Shown here: positions 48,414 through 57,800 of the stretch, piece by piece
Position numbering within the stretch: position 1 is the stretch's first letter
Layout: every line of letters starts with the position of its first letter
Assembly: GCA_964447685.1 (NCBI GenBank)
Contig: CAYUTI010000001.1
Location: forward strand, 267,064-331,063
DNA length: 64,000 nt
Origin: Candidatus Woesearchaeota archaeon
GTDB lineage: Archaea > Nanobdellota > Nanobdellia > SCGC-AAA011-G17 > CAYUTI01
Direction: 5' to 3'
Made by a program: the position numbers and the translations under genes
The notes under the pieces: model-generated
The model's database searches: none
What the model was told of the DNA's origin: nothing
Seen by the model: the letters and a program-made list of their open reading frames with translations, nothing else

Positions 48414-49013
48414 TTACTCTAAGATAGGAACTTCATAATTTAGGAAACATAATGCAACTAAAGCTGTTCCGTGTTTCTTTGTTGGTGTGAAACTCTTGAT
48501 CATTAACTTTTTATCTTTAAGTTCAAACCTTTCAGAATAACCATTGGTGTATAATTCATTTAAACTTGCATTTAATGATTCTTTAACAAATGCTTCTGTA
48601 TCATTACCATTGTATTCGCATACTAATCCACCATATTTTTTCTTTGTTTTTTTATCATATAACCAACCAAAAATTATTCCTGCTGTTGCACGTTCACCTT
48701 TTTTAGAATTTGCGCAAGCGGTGATAGTTTCCATTACTGCACCGTGTGTTAAGGAATTAATTAGAGTAGGTGTCTTTTTAATTTCTCTTGCGATACCAGG
48801 TAAAATTGAAGAATATGTCATGATGTTACATCTTTCAATGCCTGCATCACATAAAGCTAGATGATATGAACCTGCATGGACTGTTATGTCACTCTCGCCC
48901 ATACCAGTGGTTATAAAGAAGTCTTTAGGTACCCTGTTGCCTACCAATATTTTTTTTGGTATCTTGATTTGATTTTCATAACTCATCTTCACCTTTGTGT
49001 GCTTGATATGCAC
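48414..49013 (-). CDS. pdaD: pyruvoyl-dependent arginine decarboxylase
   Basis: TTGMGESDITVHAGSYHLALCDAGIERCNIMTYSSILP matches the PvlArgDC conserved core. Confidence 0.6.
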   Translation of the reverse strand: MHIKHTKVKMSYENQIKIPKKILVGNRVPKDFFITTGMGESDITVHAGSYHLALCDAGIERCNIMTYSSILPGIAREIKKTPTLINSLTHGAVMETITACANSKKGERATAGIIFGWLYDKKTKKKYGGLVCEYNGNDTEAFVKESLNASLNELYTNGYSERFELKDKKLMIKSFTPTKKHGTALVALCFLNYEVPILE

Positions 49014-49135
49014 TTAATTATTGAATCTAATTTTTTATTTATTTGGGTTTATAAAGCTTTTTATTGCTGTTTTAAGAGGTTTTTAGAAGTTAGTTTCGAA
49101 AAGTTTATATATAAGTATTAACTATTGTTAACACT

Positions 49136-49489
49136 ATGCATTCATTACCTCAAGAGATCGAAGTTTGGTATGTAATCCCTGCTATTCGTAGAGAGTTTGT
49201 TAAAGAGATGAAGAGTAAAGGATTGAATCAAAGTGAGATTGCTGTTAAATTAGGTTTGACAAGAGCTGCTGTTTCGCAATATGTTTCTGGTAAGAGAGGT
49301 AGTGAAGTTAAGTTTAGTAAAGATGTTAAAGAAGAGATTTCAAAAGCTGTTGTTGGTTTGATGGAAGGTCGTGAACCAGTAAGTGCTATTCAGAGAGTTT
49401 TAAATTTTATTAAGAAGAAAGGATGTTTATGTGATATTCATAAAAAATTAGATAAAAATGTTTGTAATTGTGGAGGTTGTTGCAAATGA
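49136..49489 (+). CDS. HTH regulator with C-terminal Cys cluster, upstream of iscS
   Basis: HTH LNQSEIAVKLGLTRAAVSQYVSGKRG; C-terminal CLCD..CNCGGCC. Confidence 0.5.
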   Translation: MHSLPQEIEVWYVIPAIRREFVKEMKSKGLNQSEIAVKLGLTRAAVSQYVSGKRGSEVKFSKDVKEEISKAVVGLMEGREPVSAIQRVLNFIKKKGCLCDIHKKLDKNVCNCGGCCK

Positions 49490-50634
49490 AAATGATATAT
49501 TTAGATAATGGGGCTACTACAATGTTAGATCCAAAAGTTGTTAAGACTATGGAACCTTATTTTAATCTTAAGTATGGAAATGCTTCTTCAACTCATGCTT
49601 TAGGTCGTGAAGCTAAGATGGCTTTGAATGATGCTCGACATGTTATTGCTAAATCTATTAAAGCTAAAGATGAAGAGATTATATTTACTTCTGGTGGAAC
49701 TGAATCAAATAACTTGGCTATTAAGGGTTTGGCTTTTAATCGAGGTAATGGTCATATTATAACTACTAAGATTGAACATGATTGTGTTTTGAATTCTTGT
49801 AAGTGGTTAGAGAAGAGAGGATTTTCTGTAACCTATTTGGATGTTGATAAAGAAGGTTTTATTAGTGTTGATTCTTTAAAGAATGCTATTCGTGAAGATA
49901 CTTTTTTGTTTTCTGTGATTCATGGTAATAATGAGATTGGAACTATTCAAAATCTTAAAGAGTTAGCTAAAGTTTGTCATGATCATGGTGTGTTAATTCA
50001 TACTGATGCTTGTCAGAGTTATACTAAAACTGAATTGAATGTTAAGAAGCAAGGTTTGGATTTAGTTACTTTGAATGCTCATAAGATTCATGGGCCTAAA
50101 GGAGTTGGTGCACTTTATGTTAGACATGGTGTGAAGTTAGAACCTTTGGCACATGGTGGTGGACATGAAAGAGGTCTTCGAAATGGTACTGAGAATGTTC
50201 CTGGAATTGTCGGATTTGCAATGGCTGTTAAGTTAGCTATGAAAGGAAAACATGTTAGAAGTATGACTAAATTAAGAGATGAATTGATTTCTGGAATATT
50301 AAAAATTCCTGGAGTTAGATTGAATGGTCCTAGAAAAGAAAGATTATGTAATAATGTTAATGTTAGTTTTAAGAACATTGAGGGTGAGGCTATTGGTGGT
50401 TATTTAGATGTTAATGGTATTTGTAGTTCTACTGGTAGTGCTTGTAGTTCACATTCATTAGAAGCAAGTCATGTTTTGAAAGCTATTGGCCTTTCAGATA
50501 TTGATGCACATGGTTCCTTAAGATTGACTTTGAGTAGATTTACAACTGAAGCTGAGATTAGAAAGTGTTTAGAGGTTTTGCCTGGTATTATTAGTAAGTT
50601 GCGGAAGATGAGTCCATATAAAGGAGGTCTTTAA
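49486..50634 (+). CDS. iscS: cysteine desulfurase IscS/NifS
   Basis: SGGTESNNLAIKG; PLP-Lys HKIHGPKG; active-site SSGSACSS. Confidence 0.9.
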   Translation: MKMIYLDNGATTMLDPKVVKTMEPYFNLKYGNASSTHALGREAKMALNDARHVIAKSIKAKDEEIIFTSGGTESNNLAIKGLAFNRGNGHIITTKIEHDCVLNSCKWLEKRGFSVTYLDVDKEGFISVDSLKNAIREDTFLFSVIHGNNEIGTIQNLKELAKVCHDHGVLIHTDACQSYTKTELNVKKQGLDLVTLNAHKIHGPKGVGALYVRHGVKLEPLAHGGGHERGLRNGTENVPGIVGFAMAVKLAMKGKHVRSMTKLRDELISGILKIPGVRLNGPRKERLCNNVNVSFKNIEGEAIGGYLDVNGICSSTGSACSSHSLEASHVLKAIGLSDIDAHGSLRLTLSRFTTEAEIRKCLEVLPGIISKLRKMSPYKGGL

Positions 50635-52152
50635 ATGTATACTGAAAAAGTTATGAAATATTTTAAGCATCCTAAGAATATGGGTGTTATTAAGAATGCT
50701 GATGCAGTTGGTCAGGTTGGAAATCCTACTTGTTTATTACCTGAAGAAATTATCCATAAAAATCCTGAAATTGTGCATATTAATAAAATTTCTAAAGATG
50801 ATAAAGTTTTAACTCATACTGGAGATTATAAAAAAGTTATTGCTATTTCTTGTAATCCTTATAAAGGAGATATTATTAGATTAAAAAATAAACTTGGAAA
50901 AATTTCCTTTACCCCAGAACATTTGGTTTATGCTATTAAAGTTCCCAAACATGATAAATTTTTAAGATCGAAGAATAAGAAAATGTTAGTGCCTGCTTGG
51001 TATCATGCAGATCAATTGGAGGTAGGAGATATTTCTTTATATCCTATCCATAAAAATGAAAAAGATATTGAATCTTTGAAGATTGATATACCCGAACTTG
51101 AATGGGATTATAGAAGTAAAGAAATCCCTGATGAAATCCCCGTTAATGATGATTTATTGAGATTGTTTGGTTATTTTTTATCTGAAGGAAATGTTCAAGA
51201 CAAACCATGTAAAACATATATCTCTTTTTCATTAAATATTGCGGAAACAGATATCGTTGAAGATATTAGAAAAATATGTCAAAATCTTTTTAATTTGTCA
51301 GTTAAAGTTAAAAATTTTCCTAAAAGGAATACAGTTATTGTTTATTTGTATAATGCAAGAATCGCAAGATTTTTTAAAAAAATTATGAGTAATGGGGCTA
51401 AAAATAAAAAAATTCCTGCTTTTGTAATGTATCTTCCAAAAGAAAAACAAAAATCATTGATTTTTGGACTTTGGAAAGGGGATGGTTATGTTAATCTTGA
51501 GAGGGATGGACCGAGAGCAGGTTATTCTACAATATCTTATCAACTTGCGCAACAATTAAAAATTTTGTTAATAAGACAAAAAATTTTACCTTCTATTTAT
51601 GAAGAGGATGAAAAAAACATTAGAGGTGTTAATCATAAAAAAAATTATAGGCTTCATGTTGGTCAAAGAGAATCTTTGATTAATCTTTGTAAAATTTTGA
51701 ATATTAATTATGAACCTAAAATTTATAAATCAATTAAATCTTGGTTTGATAATAATTTTCTTTATATCCCCATTACGAAAAAAGATTCTTTTTATTATGA
51801 AGGGAATGTACATAATTTAGAGGTTATTGATTCACATTCTTTTGTTTCAGGTGCTTTTTGTTTGCATAATTGTGGTGATGTAATGAAGATTTATTTAAAA
51901 ATTGGTAAGGATTCTAAAGGTAGAGAGGTGATTAAGGATTGTAAATTTGAAACCTTGGGATGTATTGCTGCAATCGCTACAAGTTCTATTACTACTGAAT
52001 TAGCCAAAGGGAAGACTCTTGATGAAGCTATGAAAATTGATAAGAAAAAAGTAGCTGATTCTTTAGGGGGGTTGCCTGCTGCTAAATTTCATTGTTCTAT
52101 TTTAGCTGTTGATGCTTTGAAGAAGGCTATTGAGAATTATCGGAAGAAATAG
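50635..52152 (+). CDS. iscU: FeS scaffold IscU interrupted by a 380-aa intein
   Basis: Exteins MYTEK..VGQVGNPT and CGDVMKIY..LGCIAAIA..KFHCSILAVDAL rejoin as the IscU GNP(T)CGDVM core. Confidence 0.85.
   Translation: MYTEKVMKYFKHPKNMGVIKNADAVGQVGNPTCLLPEEIIHKNPEIVHINKISKDDKVLTHTGDYKKVIAISCNPYKGDIIRLKNKLGKISFTPEHLVYAIKVPKHDKFLRSKNKKMLVPAWYHADQLEVGDISLYPIHKNEKDIESLKIDIPELEWDYRSKEIPDEIPVNDDLLRLFGYFLSEGNVQDKPCKTYISFSLNIAETDIVEDIRKICQNLFNLSVKVKNFPKRNTVIVYLYNARIARFFKKIMSNGAKNKKIPAFVMYLPKEKQKSLIFGLWKGDGYVNLERDGPRAGYSTISYQLAQQLKILLIRQKILPSIYEEDEKNIRGVNHKKNYRLHVGQRESLINLCKILNINYEPKIYKSIKSWFDNNFLYIPITKKDSFYYEGNVHNLEVIDSHSFVSGAFCLHNCGDVMKIYLKIGKDSKGREVIKDCKFETLGCIAAIATSSITTELAKGKTLDEAMKIDKKKVADSLGGLPAAKFHCSILAVDALKKAIENYRKK
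50731..51870 (+). mobile_element. LAGLIDADG homing-endonuclease intein in iscU
   Basis: Starts with Cys (CLLPEE..), ends ..CLHN followed by extein Cys; two LAGLIDADG blocks (LLRLFGYFLSEGN, LIFGLWKGDGYV). Confidence 0.8.
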
Positions 52153-52215
52153 TTACTACTTTGTGATAATTAATAATCGAAAGATTTAAATATTAGAAAA
52201 TTAATGGCATTTTAA

Positions 52216-52707
52216 ATGTTGGATATTAAGATGACTGAAAACTATGAATCTGAGAGAAAAAGAAAATTTTACAAATTTTATAATGTTTCTAATACGATTT
52301 GTGGAACTCTTATACTTGCTGCTGTTGGTAGTTTATTTGCTCTTATGGGTTACGCAATGATTTATGATGATATTTTAGTAAATAAATCAAATAAAAAAGC
52401 AGGAGTTGAATCAAGAATAAAACTTAATGAAATTGTAACTATTGGAACATCTAGATTTGGATGTGTAAGATTATATGATTTTGATGGTGATAACCAAGTT
52501 GACGGATTTAGAAAATTTGATAATTCTGATTCACCAAATGTTTTAGAGTATATTGCTGAAGGTTTTACACAAGAAGATGCTGAACAAGCTAGAACAAATA
52601 TAATTGAAGGTTATACTCAAGTTATGTCTGATGATTTAAGATCTAGATTATCTGAATCTTATGTTTCAATTAAAGAAGCTAATGAAATGCTTTTAAGAGG
52701 AGAATAA
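52216..52707 (+). CDS. hypothetical protein with N-terminal TM
   Basis: 163 aa; first of three tightly spaced unknown genes. Confidence 0.45.
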   Translation: MLDIKMTENYESERKRKFYKFYNVSNTICGTLILAAVGSLFALMGYAMIYDDILVNKSNKKAGVESRIKLNEIVTIGTSRFGCVRLYDFDGDNQVDGFRKFDNSDSPNVLEYIAEGFTQEDAEQARTNIIEGYTQVMSDDLRSRLSESYVSIKEANEMLLRGE

Positions 52708-52708
52708 A

Positions 52709-53260
52709 ATGGCATTAGAAGAAAAAAACCCTTCTATCTTTGATAGATTACTTGATAAATCTAGAAGAATGAATTTATTGGAAGGTTTACCAACAGATCC
52801 TAAGTTCTCAAAACCATTTAAAGGTTTAGATGGTAAATGGTATTCTTCTTTACAAGCTTCTGCTGAAGCTGATAATGCGTTTATGATTGCTAAATTAGAA
52901 TCTATTAAACTTATAGATTATGAAACTTCTAATCCACAAAAGCCATTTTTAGAAAAGAAAACAAAAGAAAATATTACTTATTTTAATCATAAATCATTAG
53001 ATCCTGTAGCATCATTTAGAAAAGAGTTATTCCCTGAGGATTTTGCTCGAGTACCAAAACAATCTTCTCAAATATTAGATTATGTAACAGCAAACCGGTC
53101 TTTAGAACTTGCAAGACAAGCAAATGAGTTAAGATTACAAGCAAGTTGTGCTTTTTTAAAAGGAGAAGCTGAGACTTTAGAGGCTAAAGCTGAAAAACTT
53201 GAAAGACAAAGGACTAAATTAATTTTAGGAATGTCTGAAGATACACCTTTTAATTATTAA
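52709..53260 (+). CDS. hypothetical protein
   Basis: 183 aa; 1-nt gap to the upstream gene. Confidence 0.45.
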   Translation: MALEEKNPSIFDRLLDKSRRMNLLEGLPTDPKFSKPFKGLDGKWYSSLQASAEADNAFMIAKLESIKLIDYETSNPQKPFLEKKTKENITYFNHKSLDPVASFRKELFPEDFARVPKQSSQILDYVTANRSLELARQANELRLQASCAFLKGEAETLEAKAEKLERQRTKLILGMSEDTPFNY

Positions 53261-53261
53261 A

Positions 53262-53828
53262 ATGACACAATACCCAGTAGTAAAAACTAAAAAAGAAATT
53301 TGGGTTTTTAACCCTAAGAGTAAACGTAGTTTAAAATTAGCGAGTTTGGACTCTACATTTTTTGATATGTATGTTTCTAATAGTGGTATTTTTCATGCTG
53401 TGGAATCTTTTAATTATAATCAAAAATCTGTAGAGGGGATAACTGTAAGGTTCCCTGCTAATTATGTAACTATTTTAGATTCTATTTCTGGTGGAAGTGT
53501 TAAAACTGTATATCCAGAAGGGCAATTAGAATTACCTTTTGAAGATAGACTTGTAGATCTTGAGTTCTCTTTTTTTAGAGATGGAAATAGTTTGTGTTAT
53601 CGACTTAATGGTAATGAAGCTACTTTGTTTGATAAATTAAATGGTCATGTTAACCCTAAATGCGAGGTAGTTGTAGAAGGGAATAAGATATATGTTGATG
53701 GTAGAAAAGCAGCTACTACTCAATTTGATATTTCTCATTGGGGCTTAATTAATGAGAGAAGTTTTTCTAAGTTAGCTAAAAGAAAAAATGAAAACCTTTA
53801 TAGTAAAATTAAATCTTTACATTCCTAA
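53262..53828 (+). CDS. hypothetical protein
   Basis: 188 aa; 1-nt gap to the upstream gene. Confidence 0.45.
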   Translation: MTQYPVVKTKKEIWVFNPKSKRSLKLASLDSTFFDMYVSNSGIFHAVESFNYNQKSVEGITVRFPANYVTILDSISGGSVKTVYPEGQLELPFEDRLVDLEFSFFRDGNSLCYRLNGNEATLFDKLNGHVNPKCEVVVEGNKIYVDGRKAATTQFDISHWGLINERSFSKLAKRKNENLYSKIKSLHS

Positions 53829-54023
53829 GAATTTTAACAATTCAAACACTAAGAAAGCTGGCCAAACTAATGCTTTTAGAACACCTAAAACTCCTATCCA
53901 GAAACTTGGTGCTGTTGAGATATAATAAACTGCTGCGCCTATAAAACCTAATCCATAAATCATTCCAGTATTGCAACAATTACTTTTAATATTGCAATTG
54001 CATTTCTCTTTTATCTTTTTCAT
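53817..54023 (-). CDS. small membrane protein with N-terminal Cys cluster
   Basis: CNCNIKSNCCNTG then two TMs. Confidence 0.35.
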   Translation of the reverse strand: MKKIKEKCNCNIKSNCCNTGMIYGLGFIGAAVYYISTAPSFWIGVLGVLKALVWPAFLVFELLKFLGM

Positions 54024-54235
54024 GGGTTCTTGTAGATATAAATAATATATCCAATAATTGCTACTGATAGGAATACAAATAAAGTTAGTAAGAAACTAGA
54101 ATTTCCACTAAAATCCATAGTTGCGTTACCTGTTATGTTATTATTGTTTATGTGTGTTCCTATGATCACAAGAGAACCTAAAAAGATTATTGCTGAGAAA
54201 ACAATATCAATTCTCTTTTTTTTAAGTGCATCCAT
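54020..54235 (-). CDS. small membrane protein
   Basis: 71 aa, two TMs. Confidence 0.35.
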   Translation of the reverse strand: MDALKKKRIDIVFSAIIFLGSLVIIGTHINNNNITGNATMDFSGNSSFLLTLFVFLSVAIIGYIIYIYKNP

Positions 54236-54267
54236 GGTTTTTTGAATGTTTTCATTCTTTATAAATT

Positions 54268-55188
54268 TTACTTTAATTCTTTTAAAATATTACAAGCTTG
54301 ACAAATGTCTTGAGAAGAAGGTTCTTTACATTTTTTACAGGTTTTAATCTTAGAATCATTAGTTTTGTAATGGTTTTTAAGTAATGGAAGTATTTCTAGG
54401 AAAGAATTAATAACTGCATGTTTAGATCCTGGATGTTTTTGATTGTAATCATTTAATAAATTTCTTACATCATCTCTTAAAGCTTCTTCTGAATAGGGAC
54501 ATTCTGTGAATTCATGTAATAAGTTGTTTAAGAAAGCATAGGTCATTATTTCTTTTTCTGTTAGTAGATAGAAAGGTTTTATTCTTGGGATGAATTTTTT
54601 ATCTTTAATTACCCCTGTTAATGGTCCTAGTCTTGCTTGGGTTTCCATAGAGTTTCTGAATTGATTCATAAGAATAGATTGAGCTTCATCATCTAAGTTG
54701 TGGCCTGTTGCTATTTTATTTACTTTTAATTTTCTAGCATATTTATTTAGAAGGTATTTTCTTAAAACCCCGCAGATTGTACAAGGGTGTTGAGGAAGTT
54801 TTTTCTTTCTTGCTATTTTAATCATTTCATCTAGAGTTAAGCCAAATTCTTTTTTGAATGAAACTATAGTTAGATTTTTACTTAAAGTTTTAAGATGTTG
54901 AATGTTTAAGTCTCTGTAAGGTTTTATTCCTTCATCAATTACTATAATCTCTAATTCTAAATTTCTGGTATTTTCTGAGAGTTTACTTAAGAAAAATAGT
55001 AAAGCATTAGAATCTTTTCCGCCTGAGCAGGCTACAGCTATCCTATCTTTTTTATCTAAGAGATTGTAAGCTTTAATTGTTCTTTTAGCTTTTTTCTCGA
55101 AGTATCTTATGAAGCAAGCCTTACATAATTGTACTTCTGAATTTGGTAATCTAATTACTGGGGCTGTTTTACATAATTTACACGGCAT
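54268..55188 (-). CDS. ncsA: tRNA 2-thiolation PP-loop ATPase (NcsA/Ncs6/TtcA family)
   Basis: PP-loop ACSGGKDS; N- and C-terminal CxxC..CxxC zinc fingers (CKLCK..CKAC; CKKCK..CQAC). Confidence 0.7.
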   Translation of the reverse strand: MPCKLCKTAPVIRLPNSEVQLCKACFIRYFEKKAKRTIKAYNLLDKKDRIAVACSGGKDSNALLFFLSKLSENTRNLELEIIVIDEGIKPYRDLNIQHLKTLSKNLTIVSFKKEFGLTLDEMIKIARKKKLPQHPCTICGVLRKYLLNKYARKLKVNKIATGHNLDDEAQSILMNQFRNSMETQARLGPLTGVIKDKKFIPRIKPFYLLTEKEIMTYAFLNNLLHEFTECPYSEEALRDDVRNLLNDYNQKHPGSKHAVINSFLEILPLLKNHYKTNDSKIKTCKKCKEPSSQDICQACNILKELK

Positions 55189-55386
55189 TTATCCTCCGGA
55201 GATTACAGAGAGAAGTCTAATTTTATCTTTAGGTTGAAGTTTAGTTGCCTCTGTGATTAATTCATTGTTTCTTGTTATTATTACTGTTTCTGAGTTGATA
55301 GCTAACTGACTAAGTAAGTCTGGAATATCCTTTGCTTCAAGCTTTTTTGTTTGATTATCTCTTTCTATGAATACTTCTATCTGCAT
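55189..55386 (-). CDS. ubiquitin-like small archaeal modifier / sulfur carrier (ThiS/MoaD fold) with C-terminal Gly-Gly
   Basis: 65 aa ending ..LLSVISGG; sits immediately upstream of ncsA. Confidence 0.6.
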   Translation of the reverse strand: MQIEVFIERDNQTKKLEAKDIPDLLSQLAINSETVIITRNNELITEATKLQPKDKIRLLSVISGG

Positions 55387-55419
55387 AGATTACTAGTCTT
55401 GCTGGTGCTTTATAAATAT

Positions 55420-55746
55420 TTAGTTTTCAATGTTTTTGATGAATCCAAAATTATGTTGGAATTCATCAACTATCTGAGGTGATCTTGTATTTAACCAGTC
55501 ATGGACGTATTCAATGTAACAGTACGAACAAAAGTTCATATGATTACCACAAATTACACATGTGTTGGTTTTGCCGTATGCCATTGTTTTGAACTCTCTA
55601 GTTCTCTTCCTTAGTTCACTTAAGAGACGTCTGTCTTTGTCATTTAGCCAGTACTCCATTTCTCTAGCTAAACAATCTGGGCATATTGGATTGGTGATAG
55701 CTTCACCACATGCCATACATAGTTTTTCTGGTTTTATATTTTTCAT
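55420..55746 (-). CDS. double zinc-ribbon protein
   Basis: CMACGE..CPDC and CVICGN..CSYC. Confidence 0.45.
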   Translation of the reverse strand: MKNIKPEKLCMACGEAITNPICPDCLAREMEYWLNDKDRRLLSELRKRTREFKTMAYGKTNTCVICGNHMNFCSYCYIEYVHDWLNTRSPQIVDEFQHNFGFIKNIEN

Positions 55747-55973
55747 TTTAGATACCTCTTGATTATGAGAAATTCTTTTGGTGCGTCGTTAAGTTTTCTT
55801 AGAATTTGATTATATCTTAACGCGCACAGGATTATTCGGTTTTCTTGCCTGTTGCGCAATAGACTGGTCTGCCTAGAATAAAGTGATTACATAATCTTAA
55901 TAGACCAGTATTTATCATATTAAGTATAATGTTAAGTAAATATTTAAAGATATGTATACTAGAGAATATAAGT

Positions 55974-56447
55974 CTATAATTCTGTTTCGTTTGGAGTTTC
56001 TTCTAAGATCTCTGGTTCTTCTTCAATAGGTTCTGTTTCTTCTTTGATCTCTTCTATCTCTTCAACAGTTTCTAATTTGTTCATTAAATAGAATACTTCT
56101 TCAAGGTCTACTGCTTGATTAAAAAAGTATTTTCCATCTTTTGTCATGTAAGCTGTTGTTTTTTGAGTTACATCCCTAGTGGTTACAGAAAGATATAATT
56201 CATATAAACCGTCTGTTTCAATTACTTTATCTACTGTTACACTTATATGTGCAGTATTTTCTTTTGTTAAACTTAAAAAGTCTGTAGCCCTTTGTTTTGC
56301 TTCTTCTGGAGTAAGGTTTCTTTTGCTTAAATCAATACTTCCGTTTGAATAGAATGAGAAAACTAGTAATATTAATAGGATTAGACTGATTATTTTCCAA
56401 GTATAGGTTTTAGCTAGTCTTTTTCTTTTTAATTTACTTATCTCCAT
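55974..56447 (-). CDS. membrane-anchored protein with acidic C-terminal tail
   Basis: N-terminal TM; EEIEEIKEETEPIEEEPE tail. Confidence 0.45.
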   Translation of the reverse strand: MEISKLKRKRLAKTYTWKIISLILLILLVFSFYSNGSIDLSKRNLTPEEAKQRATDFLSLTKENTAHISVTVDKVIETDGLYELYLSVTTRDVTQKTTAYMTKDGKYFFNQAVDLEEVFYLMNKLETVEEIEEIKEETEPIEEEPEILEETPNETEL

Positions 56448-56556
56448 AAGTACTTTTGATTAATCTGTTCTTTTTAAGTGTTTTTAATGAGTAATAGTTA
56501 TTTTAGAATGTGTATATTATTGTTGTTAAATACTTAAATAAATTAGTGAGTGATTA

Positions 56557-57273
56557 TTGGATATGAAAACATTCGATATTGTTTTGTTATTTTTACTTGT
56601 TTTTCTAGCTGGAATTATCGTAGGTTTAGAGTTTATTCCTAGGGGGAACGTTCAGGAGAATGTTATTCTAAGCGATATCAATGAAAAAGTAAGTGTTTAT
56701 TCCCCTGCTTTATCTGGAGAAGAGGGAGTAATTGTTGAAATTGTGGTATATGTTAAGGAGGGTTCTGGTAAGATTCTTGTTGATGTTGACGATGTTTTAT
56801 CTGATCTTTATATTCAAGAGAGTGCTCGTTTAGCTGCTAAGGCTGCTTCGCATTTAGCTAATATTAGTCTTGATAATAAGGATATAATCTATTCGGTTAA
56901 GGCAAAGACTGGTGTTATTGAGGGACCTAGTGCTGGTGCAACTATGGCTCTTGGAACTTATGCTTTATTGACTGGGAAACAGATTAAAAGGGATGTTATG
57001 ATGACTGGAGCGGTTTTAGAGAATGGAAAGATTACAGCTGTTGGGGGTGTTGTTGAAAAGGCACAAGCTGCTAAAGATTTTAATGTTACTAAGTTTATAG
57101 TTGCTAAGGGTTTAGGTTATGAAGTTGAGAAATATAATAGAGTTGAAGCCTGTAAAGGAATAGTTTGTAGAATTGTTTATAGGCCTGTAATTAAGAGTTT
57201 TGGGGATGATATTGGTATACAAGTAATAGAGGTAGATACCTTGGAAGAAGCTGCTGAGGTGTATTTGGAATGA
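56557..57273 (+). CDS. membrane-anchored Lon-like (S16) protease domain protein
   Basis: N-terminal TM; catalytic-Ser block EGPSAGATMALG and Lys block GGVVEKAQAAK match the Lon C-terminal Ser-Lys dyad. Confidence 0.7.
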   Translation: MDMKTFDIVLLFLLVFLAGIIVGLEFIPRGNVQENVILSDINEKVSVYSPALSGEEGVIVEIVVYVKEGSGKILVDVDDVLSDLYIQESARLAAKAASHLANISLDNKDIIYSVKAKTGVIEGPSAGATMALGTYALLTGKQIKRDVMMTGAVLENGKITAVGGVVEKAQAAKDFNVTKFIVAKGLGYEVEKYNRVEACKGIVCRIVYRPVIKSFGDDIGIQVIEVDTLEEAAEVYLE

Positions 57274-57800
57274 GAAAAAAACATAAGAGGATCTTTGTTA
57301 TATTGTGTTTTGTATTATTATTAAGTTTGTTGATTAATGCTTATCTTGTTTATAGATATGTTGAAATTCCTGAACCGGTGGAAGAGATTTCTTTGGAAGA
57401 TGTGGACCTGCTTGGTTTGGTTAAAGTTTCTTATAATGTGAGTGATGATGGTTTGATTCGTCTTGTTCATGATTGTGAGGAATTAACTGCACAAACTAGT
57501 GAAGTGCAGGCTATTTCTATTAATGAAGGAATACAGAAAACTCATTTAAATAGACCTTGGTCACATGATTTGATATCTGATATCTTGAATTATTATGAAA
57601 TAAATGTATTGTTTGTTAGAATTACTGAAATAAATTATGGTTGGTATTATTCTGATTTGGTTCTTGAGAAAGATGGTTTTGTGTTGAGTGTTGATTGTAA
57701 GCCAAGTGATGCTATGGCTGTTGCTGTTAGATTTAATGCTCCAATCTATGTTAGTTCTGAATTATTTGAGAAGTATGGTGTAAATATCTGTGATGATTAA
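57270..57800 (+). CDS. membrane-anchored DUF151 (bifunctional-nuclease domain) protein
   Basis: N-terminal TM; NRPWSHDLISDIL matches the DUF151 RPxTHDL motif; ATGA overlap with the Lon-like gene. Confidence 0.55.
   Translation: MRKKHKRIFVILCFVLLLSLLINAYLVYRYVEIPEPVEEISLEDVDLLGLVKVSYNVSDDGLIRLVHDCEELTAQTSEVQAISINEGIQKTHLNRPWSHDLISDILNYYEINVLFVRITEINYGWYYSDLVLEKDGFVLSVDCKPSDAMAVAVRFNAPIYVSSELFEKYGVNICDD

Noticed and set aside
52216-54235. Considered an integrated virus/prophage for the orphan operon
   Set aside because: No integrase, capsid/terminase-like motifs, att-like direct repeats or tRNA target nearby; composition is not clearly different from flanks.
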